Part shown: positions 28,231-38,720 of the stretch, piece by piece
Layout of the letters: each line of letters begins with the position of its first letter
How positions within the stretch are numbered: position 1 is the stretch's first letter
Origin: Camelus ferus
Taxonomy: Eukaryota
Assembly (NCBI RefSeq): GCF_009834535.1
Contig: NC_045710.1
Coordinates: forward strand, 54,932,001 to 54,996,000
Length of the DNA: 64,000 nt
Direction of reading: 5' to 3'
The notes under the pieces: generated by a model
What the model was told of the DNA's origin: nothing
What the model saw: the letters and a program-made list of their open reading frames with translations, nothing else
Database searches by the model: none
Made by a program: the position numbers and the translations under genes

Positions 28231-30810
28231 TTAGGGCCCTGAGGGACACTCCTCCTCCTCCATTTCCTCCTCCTCCTCCGTGGAAGGCGGGAAGAAGACT
28301 CCTGAGGAAGCTTTGCTGGCTGCTGGCATCTTGGGGGCTCTGCCAGGGGCTGGAGTCATAGGCAGGGGGGCGACTCTGGCTCGAACTCGATTTATCTGCA
28401 ACTGCCCAGCCTGCAGAGAAAGCAAGCAGAGCTTTGCGGACCAGACAGAGTTTCTGACCTCCCGTCCCCCTCCCTGCCGGGCCTCCTTTCCTAATTCCTT
28501 CATGTGTCCCATCCCCAGAGTGACAGCTTAAAGGCCCAGGGCAGTGGAGTCCCCTGGGCTCCAGCCTCTCCAGTGCCTGTCTCCGGGCTGAGTGTCCCCC
28601 TCTCTTTGCTTGCCCACCAGCTAACTTGTGGTAAGCTCTGTTCCCATTGCTAAATCGACTGCAGTTTGGAGACATTTTTCTCTTGTAACTTCAGCTAAGA
28701 CAAAGCGGGAGTTTTTCTATAGGCTCTGTTACTGAGAAACAAGGAAAAGATTAATAAGGGTGCAGAAGGAAGCCCAAACATTTTAGAACACGGATTTCAG
28801 GAAAATAAATTCCTCCTTCCATTTCTCTCTCTTCATCCCTTGTCAGTAGAGCCCTATCTCCAAGCTACGAACCTTGGGCAGCTTCTCTTTCCTCATCGAT
28901 AAAATGATCATAACACTTACCTTGCAGGGATGCTGTGAGGATTAAATGAGAAAAATACATGTGAGGGCACATGCCATAAAACCTGGCAAATGACTGGGCT
29001 CAGCAAATGCTAATTTCCTTTTCCTCAGGCATTTCTTTCCCCACCTTCCCTACACTCTTCTTTCAGCAGAGACCTGTGGTTTTAGTTCCAGTGCAGCCAG
29101 TTTGCTTAGTGGAACAATGGATGGTCTGTTGAATGACTAATGAGATATCATAAACACTGCAATTAAGACACCTAAACATTACCATATGTAAATATCCAAG
29201 CAAGAGGAAGCCCCTTTACCAGGTGGGGGTGTAAATTTCTTTGCCTAGGTTAGAGCGCTGCTCTTTCCTCCTCCCTGCAGGCCTCGTTCTTCTCCCCTCT
29301 GCAGGAGGAGATCCAGGGAGATGCTCCCTGGGATGGGGAGGGAGGGTTTGGAGACAGGGGAGGAGGACTCTCTGGGATTCTGGGCATAAAGAGGGGAGAG
29401 GGAAGTACCTTTCTCAGGCCCCGGCTCTCCCAGCTTGGGTGGAGCTGGCCCTGAGGCTTGGCAAACGTGCTGCTCAGGTGTGGGTAGAGGTGGCTCCAAA
29501 CCTGCAAGGGGTTGTAGGTGGGTTCTAGCTCCAGGTCGTCCAGCACGCTCTGAGGAAGAGAGAGGAGGAGCCTCACTGGGGAACTTGAGGTCACAGAAAA
29601 CAAGATGCCCGGCGGAGACCCCTGAGTGTGGGAAGCCAGGGGAGGTGTGATGACCCAGGGCTTCACTGAAGGTTATAAAATAGATGCGTGTCCTGCTGGG
29701 TGTCTGGCCCCCAGGTCTGAGTGCTTGTGCGGTAAGTGTCAGGCAGGGTACAAGAAACAGGAGCAACTCCAGGTGGCTAGGCGCACTGAACACTCTGGCC
29801 CCAGGAACTGTGTCACGGGACCCTACGAGGGACCAGTGTGCAAGGCTGTGAGGGAGGGTGTGCCGGTGCTCACATCTGCAGAGCAAGTACACGGAGTCCT
29901 CGGCCTGCGAGGTGAGCGTAACTGGAGGACACGCGAGCACAGCATTCCTGAGCCGTCAGGTTTTCCGGCCACAACATCCTGTGCCAGGAACCACTGGCCC
30001 TGAAGTGAGACGCCGAGTGAGCCATAGCTACTCGTGCCCACCTCTCTCTGCATCCCTGCGGCCGCCAAGCCAACAGCACAATCCCAGGCTCTGTCCTCTC
30101 TGCCCGTAAGCCAGCAGCCCAGAAGCGACGACCTGGTTCCAGTTCTTCCTGCCCAGAGCACCCCCCGACCCATCCTCAGCCTGGGGAGTCTGGCAGAGGA
30201 AATCCAGAATCCAGATCCAATATGAAAGAGGAGGAGGAGAAAATGGCCTTCAGAGCTGTTCCCTCCTTTACATCGGAGTCTCATTTTAAAGCCCTTCCTA
30301 TTCTTGGCACCTGCACTGGCTGCCTTTTCCTCTTTACAAAACAGAAATAGATGCACACAAACAAAGGCACGCACACACGTGTACACGTATTGCAGAGAAA
30401 GACCCATGAGAACACACTTGCCTCCCTCCATCTGGCCTCAGTTCCTACCCTTGCTTTCTTCTCTGCCCCTCTTCCCCTGGGGAACCACTTTTCTCTCTGC
30501 TCCCCTGTGCTTTCCCTCACTGGCTCACTCCTCTCCCTCATCTGTTTCTCAAACTCCTGTCTCTTCTCTCCCCCTCTAAGCCATGAGATCTGGGCCCACT
30601 TGCCTCCACAGTCCTGAGGCTGTCAGCGGGCAGGTCCTCAGGCAGCAAGGGGAAAGGGCTGGGCAGCAGCAGCTCCCGGGTGGCCACCGCCCTCACCAGC
30701 AGAGTGGCAGAGCAGGACGGCAGGATCACGTAGAAGGTGCTGGCGGCCTCCCTCAGGCTGTGGCCTCGGCTCGGGGGCTCCCCTTTGGCCAACAGCAGCC
30801 ACTCTCTTTT
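28231..30810 (-). CDS. M1AP: Meiosis 1 associated protein, last four exons only (partial)
   Basis: Exons 30810-30604 (KREWLLLAKGEPP...STFYVILPS...AVATRELLLP...TVE), 29549-29409 (SVLDDLELEPTYNPL...RGLRK), 28932-28921 (HPCK) and 28410-28231 (AGQLQINRVRARVAPLPMTP...SGP*). All junctions are phase 0, and the peptides match the recalled C-terminal third of human M1AP. Confidence 0.93.
28860..29010 (+). mobile_element. MIR SINE hosting the M1AP microexon
   Basis: tttcctcatcgataaaatgatcataacacttaccttgcagggatgctgtgaggattaaatgagaaaaatacatgtgagggcac is the MIR core. Confidence 0.85.
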
Positions 30811-32483
30811 CTGAAACAGACGTACGTAAACTCAGGTTCATCTTTGGTCTTTGGCACGTGTGAAGATCAGCCCCAGTCAAGGCTCCCAGAGTCCCTCTAG
30901 GGGCGGTGGGAAGGGCTGGCCCATTTCCCCCTGGCCCGGGTTGGGGGGGGGACTTTGTCTCTGAATCATCAGTGCCCCGAGGTCCAGCTCTTAACTCCCA
31001 GGGATATACACAAAAGGGTTAACAATGCAGGGATGAAATGAAGCAGGTGTTCACTCCAGAGGGCACTAAGGCATTACTCAATGGTAAATACAGAGTTTTA
31101 AGAACTGTAATTCTTAAAAGCAGAGTCTTGTAACAGAGAATTTTGTGGAGTGTTGTGAAAATTCAGGTCTTATTTTGCTGGTGATGAAGGCCGGTTGTGT
31201 TGCACAGCTGGGGTTAGAGTGGGCTGACTGCTGAATGTCCCTGGAATGCCCAGAGAGGGCTTATGAAGAAGGTGGTCAAAGTCACCTGTGAAGACAGGAG
31301 GAGACAGAAGGGAGAGGAAAGCTTTGGTACAACAGGGAGGTGGATACGGACAGGGCCCTTGAGATCAACTCAGCCAGTCACAGGATGAAGGAAAAAAGGG
31401 GTTAGAATTCGGGGGGGGGGTAGCGACTCTGGGTGAAGGGTGCTGCAGAACAGAGGGGTGACACTTTGCACCTCTTTTAAGCCAGGCATAGGAATGAGGC
31501 AATTTTCTGTGGTAGTTTTTCAAGGAACATCTCAAAACTCCAGGAGCTATCGGGTCAGAACTGTTACAATGATCTTTAAATTGTGACCTTTTGCTTGAGG
31601 TGGTCATCAGTTACAGCTGGTACGTAACAGCGTCTTTGCTACATAAGGTGAAAGAAAGCACACTCGCTCTGCCCACTCTGACTTACGTGAAAAGTTGGAA
31701 GAAATAACACAGGAGGAAAGGCAAAAAGGAGAAAGAAATCTTCAGGGGATAGAGTAAGTATCAGTGTCTTGCGGAAGACAAGTGGAAAGCGACACAGTGA
31801 AGCAGAAAAAACCTGCTGTGGCATCAGAATTATACCCCAGAGCGCATGTGCTGGGGTGGTGGTGGTGGGGAAGAGTCTGGATACTTTAATTAGAGCAGTG
31901 TCATCATTCTGGGCTGCACAGAACTCTGAGAAGGTCTGGTAAGCCAGGCAGGGGGTAGATACTTTCAGAAATTCATGCTTTCTTAACATTGTGGCTTATA
32001 TTTGGAGATTCGCTGATTTCCGAAGAACAGATCCAAAACGTATGAGAGAGCTACCTGATGCTTCTCAAACACATCAAACCGGAAATAAATGATAGAGAAG
32101 TCTTGGGGTATGTGTGCGTGGGGAGAATTTGCCCCTGCTCTAAGGACGTGGCCTCTTTAAGCCTCTGGAAGAGGTATTAGGAAGTTGCAGCTCCCTCCAT
32201 TTCAGTTGACACAGGTAACTTCTGATGTGGCACAGGCTTTGGATTTTTATTATTATTTTAATCTTCTACTTTTATCCTGGTTCATGCATTTGTTTGTAAA
32301 TTGTTTATTTATTAAAAATTGATTGAATGCCTATTATGTCCCAAACACTAGGCATGAATGTAAAGAAATTCATTAGACATGTTCCTTGCCCTCTTAGAGC
32401 TTATACTATATAATAAGCAGAAGGCTTGTAAACTAATGTTTGTCCAAGACTTAGGATGACCAGTGGTTCCAATTTGCCCACTT

Positions 32484-32583
32484 NNNNNNNNNNNNNNNNN
32501 NNNNNNNNNNNNNNNNNNNNNNNNNNNNNNNNNNNNNNNNNNNNNNNNNNNNNNNNNNNNNNNNNNNNNNNNNNNNNNNNNNN
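32484..32583. other. Assembly gap of exactly 100 N (probably unknown size)
   Basis: Counted directly. The round length, position at an L1 edge and missing M1AP exons all fit an unsized gap. Confidence 0.85.
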
Positions 32584-35500
32584 TTTTCCTTTCGTTTTTT
32601 CCATTCTCTCACTTTCAGTCTGTGTGTGTCTATAGCACTGAGGTCAGTCACTTGTAGGCATCATATAGATAGGATTTTTTTAATCCAATCTGCTCCCTTA
32701 TGTATTTTGATTCGAGCATTTAATCCATTGACATTTAAAGTGATTATTGATAGGTGAGTATCCATTGCCACTTTGTTACTTGTTTTCTGGCTTTGTATTT
32801 CTTCTCTGTTTGTCTTCTTTTAGTTTCTTCCCTTTGATGATTTTCTTTTGTGATATGCTTGTGATCCTTTCTCTCTAGTTTTTGTTTATCTATTATAGGT
32901 CAGAACCTATGGTAACCGATGGGTTCATATATATTGGCCTATATCTACTTGTTTTAAACTGGTAGTCACTTTAGTTCAAGCACATTCTATAACATCTACT
33001 TTTTTTTCACTCCCCTCAACGTTTTGTGTTTTTGATGTCATATTTTACATCTTTATGTTTATCTCTTAACTGTTTATTGTAGTTATACTTGATTTTACAA
33101 TTTTTTGTCCTTTGTTCGTCATATTAGCTTATTTCTGTGGTTGATCCACAGCCTTTTCTGTATACTTGCCTTTACTAGTGGGTTTATTTTTCTTTTCCTA
33201 TAGATTCTTAGTTCATGTTGTAGCCTTTTATTTTCCACTTAGAGAAGAGCCTTTAACATTTCTTTTAGGGCTGGTTTAGCATTGATGAACTCTTAGTTTT
33301 GCTGATCGGAGTTGTTCTTTATCTCCCCTTCAATTCTGAATGAGTATCTTGTTGGGCAGAGTATCCTAGGTTGTAGAATTTCCCCTTTCAGCCCTTCAGG
33401 TACGTCACGTCACTGCTTTCTGGCCTGCAACGTTTCTGCAGAAAAATCGGCTGATAGCTTCATGGTGGTTCCTTGGTATGTGACCCTTTGTTTTTCTCTT
33501 GCTGCCTTTAGAATTCTCTTTTTATCTTTAATTTTTCACATTTTCATTATGATATGTCTCAGTGTGTGTCTGTTTGAGTTCATGTTTTCGGGGGACTCTC
33601 TGTGCTTCCTATACATGGATATCTGTTTCCTTCTTCAGGTTTGGGAAATTTTTAGCCATAATTTCATCAAACACATTTTTGATCTCCTTCTCTTTTTCTT
33701 CTCCTTCTGAGACCCTTCTAATTTGAATGTTGGTATGCTTGGTGTTGTTCCAGAGGTTCCTTATACTGTTCTCATTGTTTAATCTGTTTTTCTTTTTGCT
33801 ATTCCAATTGGGTGATTTCCATTATTCTATCTTCAGGTTACTTTTGCATTCTTCTGTATCACTTAGTCTGCTATTAATTCCTTCTAGTGTGTTTTTCATT
33901 TCAGTTTAGTGTGTTCTTCAGTTCTGACTGGTTCTTTCTTATATTTTCTAGTTCCTTGTTAAAATTCTGTGTTCATCAATTCTTTTCCCTAGTTCAGTTA
34001 GCGTTCTTATTAATAATGCTTTGAACTCTTTATTTTGTAAATTTTTTACCTCTATTTCATTAGTTGTTTTTAAAATTTTTCTTGTTCTTTTGTTTGAAAC
34101 AAATTACTCTGTCTTCTCATTTTGCTTAACTTTTTCTGTCTCTATAGAATTAGGCAAAACAGTAACCTATTCTGGTCTTTTTTTTCCCATTTTCAGTTTT
34201 ATTAGGTACAATTGACACAATTTGACTGCACATATACAATATATTGCATGTGAATACATATATACAATATACTGAACATTAAAAAAATTTACATATATGT
34301 ACTGTTCTTTCTTTCTAAGAACAGTTTAGAGCTTTAGCTCTTTAAACTTACATAGTTATCAAAGGAATAAAGCCAACCACAAAATAAGAATCAACAGAAT
34401 ACAGTTATCCAATTATGAAGAACAGTCAAATGTCCTTACACATATTCAAGAAGTCAATCATGAGTTATAAATAATAAGTAGTCCTTTTTTTTTTTTCAGA
34501 TTCCACATATAAGCGATATTGTATGGCATTTTTCTTTCTCTTTCTGGTTTACTTCACTTAGAATGACAATCTCCAGGTCCATTCATGTTGCTGCAAATGG
34601 CATTATTGTGACCTTTTTNNNNNNNNNNNNNNNNNNNNNNNNNNNNNNNNNNNNNNNNNNNNNNNNNNNNNNNNNNNNNNNNNNNNNNNNNNNNNNNNNN
34701 NNNNNNNNNNNNNNNNNNNNNNNNNNNNNNNNNNNNNNNNNNNNNNNNNNNNNNNNNNNNNNNNNNNNNNNNNNNNNNNNNNNNNNNNTTTTCCTATTCT
34801 GGTCTTGAAGGAGTGTCCTTGTGTGGGAGCATCCCCATACTGTCTGCATGTGTCCAGTAGCTCTTTTGGGAGAGCTGGATTTGAAGTGATTATGAGTCAC
34901 ATCTTCCCCAAGGGTGCGCTGGCAGGTATCATCTTGGTAGGAGATGGAGCTGGGATGGAGTTTCTAGAGCCAGAGCCAGGTATGAGCCAGGCCTTCTACT
35001 CTGCTCAGTGGCCAACACCATCCTACTGGGGGCAGTGTTGGGTCCCAGATTGCTGGAGCAGAAACCCCGAGGGTTGGGTCCGAGGTGGTTCTGTACCCTC
35101 TTCGTGTGTGTGCTTTCCCTCCTCCCAGCATTGGCACCCTTGCCCCAGGGTGGAGCAGTGCTGGAGCAAGAGGGGCTGGAGGGGGTGCTTGGTGTGGGCC
35201 TGGGTGCAGTCCTGGCACCAGTCAGAATTCTGGACTGCTCCCAATCTGCTACCATAATGAACACTAGTAATGGCTGCCCTTGTCTCATTTGGATGGTGTG
35301 CTGGATCAGAGCTGGCTCTGCCCCCTAAAACTGTGTGCTCTCCTCAGCCATGGCAGCCTTCTCCCTAGTGTGGAGCCCTGTGAAGGAGCAAAAGGGGCCA
35401 GTGAGGGCTTGGTTCAGGCTGGGGTGTGCGCTGTGCAGTCATGGGAAAACAGCCAGAGTCCCAGGCATTTTCTACCCTGCTTGCTCTGCCCCCTTTCAGG

Positions 35501-35923
35501 AGTAAGCAGGCATGTGGGTACTCTTCACAAGCAGAATCTAGGTTTCTTATAGCCCAGCTGTCTGTCCCACTGGTTTTCAAACCAGCTGAATGGACTCATC
35601 TTCCTGGTGTTGGACCGCAGGGCTGGGGCACCCAGTATGTGATTCAAACCACTAACTTTCCAAGGAGGCTCTCTGAGCCTGTGTAACCCCCCTTCTATTC
35701 TGTGTCCCCTCCTAGGGTGCTGGTCCTGACCTGGTTGCTTCTCTTCCCTCCTTATCCAACTATCTATGCATCTTTCTTACAGCCTTGATTGATAAGAGTT
35801 TTTCTGCCAGTCTCCAGTTTGTTTTTAGGGAGAATTGCTCCACACGTAGATATATTATTTCATGTGTTTGTGGGGGGCAGGTGAACTCCATGTCCTCTTG
35901 GTATGCCATCTTGATCTCCTCCC
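32584..35923 (-). mobile_element. Old L1 element, 5' half (5' UTR, ORF1, start of ORF2), cut by the gap and interrupted by younger L1 3' pieces
   Basis: L1 ORF1/ORF2-junction text in antisense (ttttaatccaatctgct...ccattgacatttaaagtgattattgatagg) and a T-rich ORF1. An L1M-type 5' end (gagaattgctccacacgtag...gccatcttgatctcctccc) ends at about 35923. Confidence 0.8.
34170..34788 (-). mobile_element. Younger L1 3' UTR fragment(s), partly in N-run 34619-34788
   Basis: agattccacatataagcgatattgtatggcatttttctttctc...ccattcatgttgctgcaaatggcatt is a typical laurasiatherian L1 3' end. Confidence 0.75.
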
Positions 35924-36457
35924 TGAAAAAAAATTTTTAAGAAAAATCAAAAGACAAAAAATTCAATACCAAAACCATGCTGAGAGAAGCAAATAAAGCC
36001 TAGGCTGCATTGCTGAGGAGCAGCCAGGGAGAGGCATGTATCAGTGCCAGAAGAACTCTGTGTTGAGGCTACTGTGTTAGAAAGTTTCAGAGAGTAGATT
36101 TGATGTACCACTTTCAAATATACATTTCCCCTTCTAGACTAAGCAATCTGAATTCAGACACCACATTTTAATCATCTTCTTATCTCTGCTTCTTAGCAAA
36201 ATGCCTAGCACATAGTATGCCTTCGGTAACTGTTGAATGAATAAACCAGAACTTGCACTTTAGAAAGATTACCCTACTGGAAATTTGGAATGGGACAGAT
36301 TGGAGGCAAAGTTTTTTTTTTTTTTTTAATGAAACTATTGGGTAGTCTAGGTGAGTGATGATAAAGTCCTGCATTATAAGGATAATGGACAGAAAATGAT
36401 GGATTTAAGTCATTTAGGAGGCAGATTACCAGGACATGGTGAATGCTTACAAGTGGA

Positions 36458-37350
36458 TGTGGTAGGCAGCTTTCAAGATGCGCCCCCCAGATCATTGTAT
36501 TACACCCTTGTGTAGCCCCTTCCTACAGTGCATCAGGGTTGGCCTGTGTAACCAATAGAATAGGGCAGAAGTGATTGCATGTTATGTCTCAGACTAGATT
36601 ATAAAAAACATTGTGACTTTCATTTTGCTCCTTTGAATCATTTGCTCTGAGGAAGCCACTGCATGATGCGAGGATATTCAGGCAGCCCCATGGAGAGGCC
36701 CAGGTAAAGAGGAACAGAAACTGACTGCCAACAGGCACCATCAATTTGCCAGTCATGGGAGTAAGGCATCCTTGAAGTGGATCCTCCAGCCCCAGTTAAG
36801 CTTTCAGATGGTTGTAGCCCCATCCAGTAACTTGACTGTAACCTCAAGAGAGATGGAGCCAGACTACCCAGTTAAGCTATTCCTGAATTGCTGACAAAGG
36901 GAAACCGTGAGGGTCAACATTATCAACATTCTGGTTCCAGCTCATGTGGGGTCTACAGCTAACTTCTCCCACCTGGGGGGAGTTTCAGTCTTTGCAAAAA
37001 ACAGGTCAAAAGATGTGGCTCAGAATATTATCTATAGCCCTTGAGGAAGAACTAAAGGTCCTTCATTTAATGGCTAAACTGTTATTGTTTTGTCTTGCTT
37101 GACTATTCTCCTTTCTGCATTTTCTCACTTCTCTGATTAAATGTATTCTTTGGAACTCAGGGAAGGCCTAGGAGGCTAAAGTTTTTCTACAAACAAGAGG
37201 CTGGCAGAGGACGGGGGTGTGGGGTCTGTTCTGGGAAGGACCCATAGGGTCCTGCTCAGTTACAATAGTAAATGTTATTGGTGTTTTAAGCTACTATATT
37301 ATGCTGTAATAATTTGTTACTTGTTATGCAGCCTAGATAACTAATATAAC
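36458..37350 (+). mobile_element. MLT1-type (ERVL-MaLR) solo LTR split by a nested LTR
   Basis: Starts tgtggtaggcagc and contains gtggatcctccagccccagttaagctttcagatg. Resumes at 37265 and ends ttatgcagcctagataactaatataca. Confidence 0.75.
36912..37264 (-). mobile_element. ERV1-like solo LTR nested in MLT1
   Basis: Non-MLT block ending agggtcctgctcagttaca (TGTAACTGAGCAGGACCC on the minus strand). Family assignment is from memory. Confidence 0.55.
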
Positions 37351-38039
37351 AGGGGATGAAAGAGGGGAAAGCAAAGATTACCTCCAAGGCTTGAAGGAGG
37401 AGCAGAGGTTGGGAAGGGAGAAATAGCAAATTATGCTCAGGCCCTGTGTTTGTCTTGTCTGCAGAATATCCAAGTGGACATGTCCATTGGCGGTTTTTTA
37501 TCTTTCATCCTCAAAGTCCTACTTATTCTTTAACACTTAGTTCAGATGTCACTTCTGTGAAACCTTGATTTTTCCAGGCAAAACCTATCCCTACTGAGCA
37601 TTAATTGCACATTATTATAGTAAATATGAATCACTTTGTATTGCAATTATCTATTTGCAGTTATTTGTTTATGTATCTGTCTTATTTCACTATGAGCTCC
37701 CTAAAGCCAAGGACCATGATTTTTTTTTTTTTTGTATCACTGTATTGTGTTTTGTTCTTGTGTGTTTCGCTTTGTGATTGTCACACAGAAAGCCCTCATT
37801 AAATGCTTGCAAGAGTAATAATTTTGAGAAACTTGGTGCGTGTACCCATTTACTCACATATTTTCCCTATTAGAACAGATACGGAAATTGGAGTTTTGGA
37901 GCAGTCTTTGCAAACCCGCCACTCAGGGTCCTGGAGCGGCATGGCCAGCCCAGTTAACGAGCTAGAACCCCCACCTACACCTGGGTCTAGCTCCGCCTCT
38001 ATCTGGGTTGGACTTCTCTCTTTAGTCCCGCCTCCACGC

Positions 38040-38720
38040 AACCCCTATTGGTTGGAGGAGAAAATCGTCCAGCTCATTGGTACTTTCTTGAAGGGGCGGT
38101 GACGGGTTGCGTTCGGTCCGGCAGCCGCAAGCCGAACCGCACCGAGGAGAGCCGAGTGGGGCCGAGGCTGGCGGCGCCGCGGCTCTGAGCGGAGTCTACC
38201 GGGCTCGCCACACCCCGGCGGCCAGGCGGTGGCAAAGATGACAGTCTCTGCCGCGCGGCCACGCCCGGACCCTGGGCCGGCCCCGGTGCCGCCCTTCCCG
38301 CTCCTGCTGCTGCTGCTGCTGCTGCTGCTGGCGGTGCTGAGCGGCCCGGTGTCTGGCCGCGTGCCCCGCTCTGTGCCCAGGACCTCGCTTCCTATCTCTG
38401 GTAAGGCGCGGGCGCCCTCGCCCTTAGCCCTGCGCCCCGCGCCCAGACCCTGCTTGCAGGTACCCAGACCTGCCTGCGCTCCCCGTCTGGGCAGTCGCAT
38501 CCTCACAGGTCGGCTCACGGCGTCCCGCGCCGCCCACGCCGGCCACGCCCGGCCCGGATGCGGGCGGGACCCCCACGTGGTGCTGCTCCACCCGGCCCAG
38601 GCCTCGCGACTCGGTTCCCGCGACACGCCCAGGCGGCTCCCGCGGCCCCGTATTCACGGAACCGCAGCAGAGTTAAGCCCCTCCCCGTGCACACGCGGAC
38701 ACTGAGGCCCAGGGAGAGGA
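38040..38720 (+). promoter_or_regulatory. SEMA4F CpG-island promoter
   Basis: Two inverted CCAAT boxes (ATTGG at 38047-38051 and 38076-38080), a GC box at 38093-38099, and CpG-rich sequence across exon 1. Confidence 0.8.

Noticed and set aside
33312-35686. Cluster of Phe/Leu-rich and other short ORFs
   Set aside because: Antisense translations of L1 ORF1 and its 5' UTR.
38229-38237. ORF-track start MAK for SEMA4F
   Set aside because: That codon is GTG. The ATG at 38238 gives MTVSAARPRP, aligning with the known N-terminus.
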